From positions 1 to 31,075 of the IMG/VR virus record IMGVR_UViG_3300016667_000764: a stretch of 31,075 bases of DNA, one strand, 5' to 3'. The position numbers and the translations under genes were made by a program. A model generated the notes under the pieces. It saw nothing but the letters and a program-made list of their open reading frames with translations, did not search any database and was not told the origin of the DNA. Source of the DNA: a virus (taxonomy: Duplodnaviria; Caudoviricetes). Below, in pieces: positions 19,401 through 25,933 of this stretch (positions are counted from its first letter, which is position 1; each line of letters opens with the position of its first letter).

Positions 19401-20683
19401 TACAATATTCATTAGAATGCCTTCCAGGCAGACCTAGTAATGAAACAGATGTTGAATCTTTGCAGCTTGAAAAAACAATCTTAAGAATTCATATATATGA
19501 TCAACAAGCAACAGCATATGAAGGACTTGGTTCAATATTGAGAGCCCAGCGGGCAGCTCAACTATGTATTCCAACTTCTAGAACAGAATCTGGTGGAGGA
19601 GAAAACTCCACAGATCCTTCATTAGTTCAAAGAAATGCCATACTTCAATATCAACAAACAATTGCTCAAGCAGAAAGAAATGGTTTAATTGCCAGAGTTG
19701 ATACAGGAGATGGAAGAGATGGTGGATATGAAGTTGTGGGTGGTCCAGCTTCAATAAAACGTTTCTTATATCAAACAACTCCTTATATCATACATGGCGC
19801 ACAAAACTCATTGGTTAAAACAGCAAATCTTTCCTCTATAACAGATCAGGCTGCAAATACTCTTGCATTAGTAAGAGCACCAACAGGAAATGGTCTGTTA
19901 AGACCAGATGGACAAGATGCAGGTAATCTTCCAATGCAAATCTTACCTGTAGAACTAACAATGGATGTATTTGGATGCCCTCTAATCGGATATAGCAGTC
20001 AATTCTTTATAGACTTTAACACAAATACAACAGCAGATACTTTGTATATGGTCAATGGAATTGAACATAAAATAGGAGGAGGAGAGTTCTCAACAAACAT
20101 TAGATTTGTACAGCAATCAAACTTTGGTGAATATAGAAATTATATCCAAGATTTGCAAACAGCAGCAGATAGACTTGCGACAATTGAACGTTCAGTAAGT
20201 GGTACTGATCCGGCACCAATTCCTTCGCCTGCCCCGGCAACAACTCGTAGAAGAAGACGTAGAAGACCTACCGCAGCAGTAACTCCTCCAACTCCAGCAT
20301 CATCAGCAACATTAAGCTATATTACTAGCCCGCTAGGATGGAATACGGTACCAAGTACAGTAGCTGCTATGAGTGCAGGTGTTGTCCCTGTACCACCAGA
20401 TACTCCTCGAGCACCTGAAGTGGATCCGGAAAGAACAGCAGCGGCTGCTAGAGATGCTGCTGAACGTGAGATTGCAAAGCAACGGGCAGAAGCTCAACGG
20501 CAAATCCGTGATGCAGAACGTAACGTTGCTGAAGCTAGAGGTTTGGCTACTGGACGTGTTCCTGCTGCTCCTCCGGCGGTTCCTGGCGGTCTAACGCCTC
20601 CTACCCCACCCACCCCACCTACACCATCCATTCCTGCAACAGAGGGAATTGGTCCTCGACCCGGTGGAAGAAGTGCAATATAA
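16472..20683 (+). CDS. Baseplate hub protein (gp27/gpD-like) with large low-complexity insertions
   Basis: IEWGW, FQVTNSSFNF..DG.V.I.L, and C-terminal ELTMDVFGCPLI...FFIDF.T.T.AD.LYMVNGIEHKI..GEFST. Follows the LysM gene. Confidence 0.72.
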   Translation: MSIRSEIKMQRAISRLSRYYGLLTSRDLANTIAASGRTGNLESLSEPTPESPAIPTSGEINTEDLILGEILNDLIDVGVGCFTTKQLLERFAQKLGILGATSEDAETLQNIRRRYAELIQIVSDAQYHDELPYANGYANLQNASIKEIISDSDPGLLASGPIEPTKEKPGLSAIISQTNRISITNRFSNACSVFLNAIPAIEMSKAVPYLEVNVLIPLQSVQRSGDRLIAPTIYKFLLGGASAAPGSVLEQLSIANEERRNIDAAVDRAGNTVETVDAGGSVVSTENVYTTVGMEAFLMPQTLVNPDAANNQSNFGNIVIDKFRPFLSINDMSFTEQSSFSAYGYQTAKLSLTLHDRSRLNEISEFVRPDVRGRTEIVIEWGWTHPEAENNSNLENVWADIINGMRKRLKFQVTNSSFNFEDDGQVKINLDLATMGEVAGTTEPCINDVNVRPILDTINELVEAVSRISTTNPLLNPPTSTTTSTGTTSGTASNGTNRPSGSPEIRGIQFLNQIQDVYSNLTLSREKREELSQLTRSLSALPQTDDIRRLRYLITELYGSSTSSAGRRRGTSRTGATPLAEALRGQIQNEIRRKLDHLKKGREDPFLIGTYNPVVDRRNRLRNVGGWPSRGPAYQQSDAASAADASLSASRANLEAVQQQADAHRARAAQMRSRAALHRTIADKQGTQADEAASLSNAAWNIGRAGIAGYGNDGGGIIGAISGMNQARQRIQSEVARENAEATAAARTARVAEINAGIAARQAEGDAADVAALQASIAAQEQNITTGEATYEANRDATYRARMAAVMERLPSASPVQRGTVSLANLLMVFMGQPFAATGQFDDIQLIFYPFNQYAGYASRINIANFIINIEDFQEKYTEYRLQNLNRSGTFTIRQFWTFLTSQIIDDPAQDSYGLVDGRGALYRRPTTERDSDQSSGTPRSSTTSVPVDSDGARFTARLNQVLRDVTPDGSFRIPNLQYSLECLPGRPSNETDVESLQLEKTILRIHIYDQQATAYEGLGSILRAQRAAQLCIPTSRTESGGGENSTDPSLVQRNAILQYQQTIAQAERNGLIARVDTGDGRDGGYEVVGGPASIKRFLYQTTPYIIHGAQNSLVKTANLSSITDQAANTLALVRAPTGNGLLRPDGQDAGNLPMQILPVELTMDVFGCPLIGYSSQFFIDFNTNTTADTLYMVNGIEHKIGGGEFSTNIRFVQQSNFGEYRNYIQDLQTAADRLATIERSVSGTDPAPIPSPAPATTRRRRRRRPTAAVTPPTPASSATLSYITSPLGWNTVPSTVAAMSAGVVPVPPDTPRAPEVDPERTAAAARDAAEREIAKQRAEAQRQIRDAERNVAEARGLATGRVPAAPPAVPGGLTPPTPPTPPTPSIPATEGIGPRPGGRSAI

Positions 20684-20690
20684 AAGACAG

Positions 20691-20719
20691 TTTAAAACGT
20701 TTCTTATTTTGTATAGCAT
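20691..20719 (+). promoter_or_regulatory. Putative sigma70-like promoter for the polymerase gene
   Basis: TTTAAA(20691-20696)-17 nt-TAGCAT(20714-20719), 6 nt before ATG; no SD. Confidence 0.4.
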
Positions 20720-20725
20720 TGAATT

Positions 20726-21991
20726 ATGCTAAAATATAGATTAAGTCCAGATGCATATGGAGGGAACCATTCCGATTACTTTATCAGTAATACAGGTTCC
20801 GGCGTTCATATTAGTCAAAAACCATATGCAAATGGTAAAAACGCTATAGAAAACGTAATCAACTTTGATTTGCAATATCAAGTTGAAGAGTTTTGCCGTC
20901 TATATGGTATGAATATGCCTATATGGCCGCCTAAAAACTATAAAAAAGTATTATCTCAAATAGCCCCAGATACAAATCGTGATGATATCCAATGGTGGAA
21001 AGTTATGGGCTTTAAAAGATATATCTCTGAACTTCAATCGCTTGCCAATAACATTCAACATTCAGTATCTGAATTTGATATATCATATTGGCATGATATC
21101 TATGGTAGATTGATGAATAATCTATTTGAGGAGTTAGATAACTGCCGTATTGATGTTGAACTATACAACAAATACAAGAGTGAAGCTACTGCATCTCAAA
21201 TGGAGATAATAGAAACATTTAAGCCAGATGAATATGGATATGCTGATAGAGTAATCTATTCTGGAACTGAAACCAAAACTGGCAGACTAAAAGTTATTGA
21301 TGGTCCCAATATCCTTCATCTAAAGAAGGATTATCGCAATATGATTGTCTCTACACATGGAGACAAGGGTAAGATTGTTTATCTTGATTATTCCTCCTTG
21401 GAGCCCAGGATCCTATTGTGTGTATCTAATCCTTCTCTAATTGGTAGCCTTCCACAAGACATATATTCTAAAATGCTTTCGGACCTTGATCTCTCTGAAA
21501 AGATACCAAGAACCGTTGCAAAGACAGCAATTCTTTCTGCGTTATATGGTCAGAAGGAAGAGAACACGATCAAAACATTATCAAATTATATTGGTAGTGC
21601 CGAGGACTTTCTTAACCTTGTTAACGACTACTTTGGGATTGATAAGCTCAAGGAGAAGCTGGCTAAAGATTTGTTAAAAACCGGTGGACGTTATATCTTA
21701 AACTACTATGGTCGTCCTATCTTCTGCGAGGACACAAAGCCATATGCGCTTTTAAATTATTACGTGCAATCTACAGCGGTTGACGTAGCGATGTTGGGGT
21801 TTTTAAATATTGTAAGTCGGTTGAAAGATAATCGGCTTACAGATAAGATAAAACCGATCTTTATTTTGCATGACGCTTTGTTTTTGGATATCCATGAGGA
21901 TGCTTATCATATTATTCCAAAGATAGAGAAGTTAGGTTCAACAGGAATAAAAGGTTTCAAGAACGTAGATTTTTGGTTAAGGTCGGAGTAG
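20726..21991 (+). CDS. Family A DNA polymerase, polymerase domain without recognisable exonuclease domains
   Basis: TKTGRL, motif A LDYSSLEPRIL, motif B RTVAKTAILSALYG, NYYVQSTAVD, motif C ILHDAL. Confidence 0.88.
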   Translation: MLKYRLSPDAYGGNHSDYFISNTGSGVHISQKPYANGKNAIENVINFDLQYQVEEFCRLYGMNMPIWPPKNYKKVLSQIAPDTNRDDIQWWKVMGFKRYISELQSLANNIQHSVSEFDISYWHDIYGRLMNNLFEELDNCRIDVELYNKYKSEATASQMEIIETFKPDEYGYADRVIYSGTETKTGRLKVIDGPNILHLKKDYRNMIVSTHGDKGKIVYLDYSSLEPRILLCVSNPSLIGSLPQDIYSKMLSDLDLSEKIPRTVAKTAILSALYGQKEENTIKTLSNYIGSAEDFLNLVNDYFGIDKLKEKLAKDLLKTGGRYILNYYGRPIFCEDTKPYALLNYYVQSTAVDVAMLGFLNIVSRLKDNRLTDKIKPIFILHDALFLDIHEDAYHIIPKIEKLGSTGIKGFKNVDFWLRSE

Positions 21992-22001
21992 AATAACAGA
22001 T

Positions 22002-22244
22002 ATGATTTGCATATTTACGTGCTGGACTTGTAAGAGGAGGCTCGATCCGGAGAAAACTACTGAAGAATATTTTTTCTGGTGCGATAAAGATTGTTATGAT
22101 AAAGATGACCGATACCACAATAGAGAAGAAGTTGTTGACACAAAACCAAAGATTGCAGTTGCAGATAAAGAAGATGCGAAAGAGCGGAGAAAATCTAAAA
22201 TACGTGCAGCTCTTGCTCAAATCAATGGAACACGTAAAGATTGA
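22002..22244 (+). CDS. Small putative Zn-binding protein
   Basis: CWTC...CDKDC cysteine pairs, GGAG upstream, basic C-terminal helix. Confidence 0.5.
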   Translation: MICIFTCWTCKRRLDPEKTTEEYFFWCDKDCYDKDDRYHNREEVVDTKPKIAVADKEDAKERRKSKIRAALAQINGTRKD

Positions 22245-22282
22245 AGATATACAAACCCCAAAGAAGGAAAAGGAAAACTGAT

Positions 22283-22711
22283 ATGGCTGATGCGAGGAAA
22301 ACTTTAGAACTTTTTAATCGCCTAAATGTGGCATTAGATATACTATTGACGATATTGTTTCTTATTACCGGCGTATTCGGTCTAACATTAATAATGCCAA
22401 CAACAGTTGTTATTAATATGTGTCTACAGGCTATAGCTACTGTTGTTCTTGTATTGTTTGGAGTAGTCTGCATTAAGACAGCAGAGCGTATTACTCTTGC
22501 AATGAGAGGCAGCATTGAGCAAGCGGTAGAAGACGAAAAGACAGAGGAAGAGAAGATGGCACCTGTTGTTGTTAGTAAGAAGGCAATAACGGCTGAAGCT
22601 CCAGTTGCTCCAACTCTTTCAAATAAAGTTCTTAAGACAACGAGAGTAGTTCTTAAGAATACTTCTGCACCAGCAGTTGGAAAACGTGGTCGTCCAAAGA
22701 AGGAAGGTTGA
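22283..22711 (+). CDS. Two-TM membrane protein with C-terminal AT-hook-like motif
   Basis: AAGGA RBS then ATG 22283. Two ~20-aa hydrophobic helices; ends GKRGRPKKEG. Confidence 0.65.
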   Translation: MADARKTLELFNRLNVALDILLTILFLITGVFGLTLIMPTTVVINMCLQAIATVVLVLFGVVCIKTAERITLAMRGSIEQAVEDEKTEEEKMAPVVVSKKAITAEAPVAPTLSNKVLKTTRVVLKNTSAPAVGKRGRPKKEG

Positions 22712-22715
22712 TAGT

Positions 22716-22958
22716 ATGCCAGCATCAAGAAGAAGGTTTTCGTGTAATCACAAAGGCTTTGGCAAGTTCTGCCATCGTTGTGCCCAAGCAGACGCTTTAG
22801 AAGCTCGTGTAGAGGGTTTAAAGTCAGAGGGTGGCAAGGGTAAGGCAGAGGAGACAAAGACGCTTTTAGAGGAAGCCAAGAGGCTTCGTGCCACTACGGT
22901 AAAGCGTTCATCGTATGATGATTTGCCTGACACGCCAGTAGCCGAGACAGAAAGCTGA
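22716..22958 (+). CDS. Small putative Zn-finger protein
   Basis: ATG 22716 with AAGG upstream. CNH...FCHRC followed by a helical segment. Confidence 0.6.
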   Translation: MPASRRRFSCNHKGFGKFCHRCAQADALEARVEGLKSEGGKGKAEETKTLLEEAKRLRATTVKRSSYDDLPDTPVAETES

Positions 22959-22965
22959 AAAGAAT

Positions 22966-22995
22966 AACGCCGCCAAGGAAACTTGAGCGGCGTTT
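22966..22995. terminator. Terminator-like hairpin repeat, copy 1
   Basis: AACGCCGC-CAAG-GAAA-CTTG-A-GCGGCGTT-T; A-rich 5' flank and T-rich 3' flank. Confidence 0.75.
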
Positions 22996-23003
22996 CTATT
23001 TGG

Positions 23004-23032
23004 TTTACTCCCATATTCCTTTAAGCTATGAT
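23004..23032 (+). promoter_or_regulatory. Putative sigma70-like promoter (likely leaderless transcript) for HD gene
   Basis: TTTACT(23004-23009)-17 nt-TATGAT(23027-23032), 6 nt before ATG 23039; no SD. Confidence 0.5.
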
Positions 23033-23038
23033 GGGCGT

Positions 23039-23677
23039 ATGAATAAGAAAATAGATAACCAAGAGATAGTTCTACAAAAGGTTCAAGAAAACTGGGGAAC
23101 AATAAAAGGTCTTGTAAACCGTATAGAAAACCCCGAAGCAAGAGAAGGTGCTCTCCATCTATGTGATGATCTCCATGATCGTTTTGCTGTAGCTCCAGCA
23201 TCTACCAGAACAGATTATGTTGGTTGTTTTGTTGGTGGTCTTGTATGGCATTCCCTAAACGTATTAAAGGTTATGAAGGCATTACGTTCTTCTCTTGAGT
23301 TAGAGAAGGTTGTAAGTGCGGATAGTATGATCATTCTTGGATTGTTTCATGATCTTGGTAAGCTTGGTAATGAGAAGGAAGATTACTATTTACCGCAGTC
23401 AAGTGATTGGCATCGCACGAGGGGATTTCATTATGAGATCAATGAAGGAATGGGACATATCCCGGTTGCAATCAGAACTTTATGGTGGCTTAATCACTAT
23501 AAGGTTTCATTATCTGAAAATGAGGTATATGCTTTACAGTCGTTATCTTTGAAGAATGGGGAGCAGATAAGCTTTTCACCTTCGTTAAGGGATCCCTGGG
23601 AGGCATATATATTGCAGAGTGCAGTTAGGGGCGCTTGCATTAAGCATCATGGGATAACGAGTTTGTCGCAGACCTGA
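23039..23677 (+). CDS. HD-domain protein (YhaM-like phage family), degenerate metal ligands
   Basis: APAS...GGLVWHSLNV, LFHDLGKLG...YY. Distal His/Asp ligands not evident. Confidence 0.78.
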   Translation: MNKKIDNQEIVLQKVQENWGTIKGLVNRIENPEAREGALHLCDDLHDRFAVAPASTRTDYVGCFVGGLVWHSLNVLKVMKALRSSLELEKVVSADSMIILGLFHDLGKLGNEKEDYYLPQSSDWHRTRGFHYEINEGMGHIPVAIRTLWWLNHYKVSLSENEVYALQSLSLKNGEQISFSPSLRDPWEAYILQSAVRGACIKHHGITSLSQT

Positions 23678-23686
23678 TAAAAGAAG

Positions 23687-23716
23687 AACGCCGCCAAGGA
23701 AACTTGAGCGGCGTTT
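23687..23716. terminator. Terminator-like hairpin repeat, copy 2 (identical to copy 1), between convergent genes
   Basis: Exact 30-nt match AACGCCGCCAAGGAAACTTGAGCGGCGTTT. Confidence 0.78.
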
Positions 23717-23738
23717 AACTTATATAAGAGTTATATTT

Positions 23739-24086
23739 TCAGCGACGGCGTTTTGCAGAAGCTAAAGGAAGTGCAATTGGGTCTAACGATAAAGCCACGA
23801 AGTTAACTAGCACATCTCCATATTCATTTATCGTGACAGAGGAAATTTCCTCTTGTGCCCCAGAAGGAAATTTAATAAAAGCTTCTTGTGGTTCTCCTAC
23901 ATAGGGATCACGACCAATATTCATTAACTGTCCTGGATCTCTACGTGCGATTTTTTTGAGCTCGGCGGGCGTATAAACGCTTGGTGCGTCGCCTCCACGA
24001 CGACCTTCCATTGCGCCGCCCATATCTGCCATTTCTTCTACTTGTTCACGGATAAGTTGCTTTAGTTGCTTTACTGTAATCTTCAT
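23739..24086 (-). CDS. Hypothetical protein with N-terminal MKITVKQLKQLIRE tag
   Basis: AAGGA RBS and conserved 40-nt leader upstream; tag shared with the ORFs at 1196 and 28419. Confidence 0.75.
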   Translation of the reverse strand: MKITVKQLKQLIREQVEEMADMGGAMEGRRGGDAPSVYTPAELKKIARRDPGQLMNIGRDPYVGEPQEAFIKFPSGAQEEISSVTINEYGDVLVNFVALSLDPIALPLASAKRRR

Positions 24087-24094
24087 GTTAATAT

Positions 24095-24134
24095 TCCTTT
24101 CTCTATGTGAGAACTAATGGTTAGCTTTAAATAT
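24095..24134 (-). promoter_or_regulatory. Conserved promoter/leader repeat, copy 1
   Basis: Minus strand ATATTTAAAGCTAACCATTAGTTCTC-acat-AGAGAAAGGA; 36/40 identical to 28430-28469. Confidence 0.75.
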
Positions 24135-24250
24135 TATTTAACCGACAAATCTTCTTTTTTTTGATTAGTTTCCAGTTTAAATATATTTTCTGGTGATGTA
24201 GGTTATAAGAACAGAGAGAGACAAAAACGGTATTTTGAAGTATATTTAAC

Positions 24251-24317
24251 ATACAGAGGTTCTTATAAGCTCTTGTATCCAATAGTGGATTTTATGGCTT
24301 ATATCCTTCCTCTGTAT
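24251..24317 (+). other. Long nested RNA hairpin upstream of the endonuclease gene
   Basis: ATACAGAGG/CCTCTGTAT, TATAAGC/GCTTATA and ATCCA/TGGAT nested perfect inverted repeats. Confidence 0.65.
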
Positions 24318-24351
24318 CATTAAAGTCCCATTGGGCAACATAGGTGAATAA

Positions 24352-25011
24352 ATGACTAAAAGAAAGTTAAGCGTTAATGACGCTTATTTTGAAAGCATTG
24401 ATACACCTCAAAAAGCTTATTGGTTAGGCTTCATTGCTGCTGATGGTTGTATTTCATCAACAAAAAACGCTATAGCAATAGCCTTACACCAACAAGACAA
24501 ATGTTTGCTTGAGCAGTTTAAACAAGATATTTGTTTTAGCGGCGAAATAAAAGATTATAATAACAAATATAGCGTTTCAAAAATCTATATTACATCTAAA
24601 AAGATGAAAGAAGATTTGAGAAAATGGGGCATTGTTCCACGAAAAACTAATATACTAACTTGGCCAGACATAAATCAAAACTTCTATCCAGATTTTATTA
24701 GAGGATATTTTGATGGTGATGGCTCATGGTCTGTTAGAGTTCGTGGAAACTGTAAAGATTGCATATTTCAGATTGTCTCTGGCGCAGAAACCTTTTTAAA
24801 ACATATTGAAACTGTGTTAAGGTTAGAATGTGGATTTGAAGAACGAAATCTGTGTAAGATGACTAACACAAACTGTTACGAGTTGAAATATAGCGGAAAT
24901 GGTAAAGCAATGAAGCTTTATGATTTTCTTTATAGACCCAACTCTTTTTACCTTGAACGCAAGTTCAATAAGGTCACTAACATAATAGAAAATAAAAGGA
25001 AAGAAAAATGA
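24352..25011 (+). CDS. Free-standing double-motif LAGLIDADG homing endonuclease
   Basis: AYWLGFIAADGCI and DFIRGYFDGDGSW motifs, YLERK near the C-terminus, AGGTG RBS, very AT-rich. Confidence 0.9.
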   Translation: MTKRKLSVNDAYFESIDTPQKAYWLGFIAADGCISSTKNAIAIALHQQDKCLLEQFKQDICFSGEIKDYNNKYSVSKIYITSKKMKEDLRKWGIVPRKTNILTWPDINQNFYPDFIRGYFDGDGSWSVRVRGNCKDCIFQIVSGAETFLKHIETVLRLECGFEERNLCKMTNTNCYELKYSGNGKAMKLYDFLYRPNSFYLERKFNKVTNIIENKRKEK

Positions 25012-25829
25012 CATATTCATTAGACGCCATTAAGGCAAAAATCAATCAACTTTCTGGTAATCGTGCAGCAGCCGGTTCAAAGACCACAGAAAAGACAAAA
25101 GTAAACTGGTGGAAGCCGCAGCTTGGTCAGCATGACATTCGCTTCCTCCCCTATCAAGATCGTAATGGTCAGCCTTTCCATGAGGTAAGCTATTATGATA
25201 GTCGCCTTCTATCAGAACGTCGGTTCGTAGCCGGTTGTCAGTTTGAAGGCACAACAGATCCTGTCTTTAATCTCCTAACCGAGCTAAAGAAGGATAAGTC
25301 CAAGGAAGCTTGGACCCTCTGGCGTAATCTCCAGCCAAAGGAACGCTACTATGCCCCAATCATCGTTCGTGGTGAAGAGGATAAGGGTGTTCAGCTCTGG
25401 GAGCTAAACAGCAAGCTTGTAAAGGATATTTACAGCGTTCTTGCTCACCCCGACTATAAGGATGAAAACCTTATGGATCCAGAAAACGGTTATGATTTCA
25501 CCGTAACTGTATCTCCTACTGATAAGACCTTCGCTGGTAATCCAGTTAAGGATATCAAGCTTCAGCCACGCCGTAAGCCTTCACCTCTCGCAAAGAGCGC
25601 CGATGTATCCGAAAAGATTGTCGCCGCTATTCCAAACCTTGAAGCTTACTTCAAGGCACAGGTAAAGAGTGAGGACGAGCTTAATGCTATGCTTCAAAAC
25701 TTCCTTGCCGGTAATGGCACCTCCTCCGAGGAAACCGAAGAGGTTGAAGAAGTGAAGGATAGAACCGTTTCAGAAGCAAAGGCAAAGAAGGCAAAGAAAT
25801 CAATTGATGATGCCTTCTCGGACCTCTGA
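25008..25829 (+). CDS. Single-stranded DNA-binding protein (gp32-like)
   Basis: WKP...IRFLP, RYYAPIIVRGEEDKGVQLW, DPENGYDF, acidic tail IDDAFSDL. Directly upstream of the recombinase. Confidence 0.82.
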   Translation: MTYSLDAIKAKINQLSGNRAAAGSKTTEKTKVNWWKPQLGQHDIRFLPYQDRNGQPFHEVSYYDSRLLSERRFVAGCQFEGTTDPVFNLLTELKKDKSKEAWTLWRNLQPKERYYAPIIVRGEEDKGVQLWELNSKLVKDIYSVLAHPDYKDENLMDPENGYDFTVTVSPTDKTFAGNPVKDIKLQPRRKPSPLAKSADVSEKIVAAIPNLEAYFKAQVKSEDELNAMLQNFLAGNGTSSEETEEVEEVKDRTVSEAKAKKAKKSIDDAFSDL

Positions 25830-25846
25830 AATAAACATGGGATAGA

Positions 25847-25886
25847 AAACAGTAGGACCGCACCAAAAATGTGGTCCTATTTGTTT
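25847..25886 (+). terminator. Terminator hairpin after SSB gene
   Basis: TAGGACCGCA-ccaaaaa-TGTGGTCCTA followed by TTTGTTT. Confidence 0.65.
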
Positions 25887-25912
25887 ATCTATGATTTGGA
25901 TTTCTGTATGAT
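25884..25912 (+). promoter_or_regulatory. Putative sigma70-like promoter for recombinase gene
   Basis: TTTATC(25884-25889)-17 nt-TATGAT(25907-25912), then AAGGA RBS. Confidence 0.45.
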
Positions 25913-25933
25913 GTAAAGAAAAGAAGGAAACAC

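Noticed and set aside
1-20683. Extracellular contractile injection system, tailocin or T6SS
   Set aside because: Contiguous with phage-type replication genes (gp32-like SSB, gp41-like helicase, homing endonuclease) and no bacterial housekeeping context. A large myovirus is the simpler explanation.
22096-22857. Alternative ORFs 22096-22281 (+) and 22222-22857 (-)
   Set aside because: They overlap better-supported genes with RBS and motifs. The 61-aa plus-strand ORF cannot be fully excluded but has no supporting signal.
24135-25011. Group I intron or intein housing the LAGLIDADG ORF
   Set aside because: No interrupted gene on either side. The SSB has an intact N-terminus, there is no room for a 3' intron core, and no intein Cys/His-Asn termini are present.
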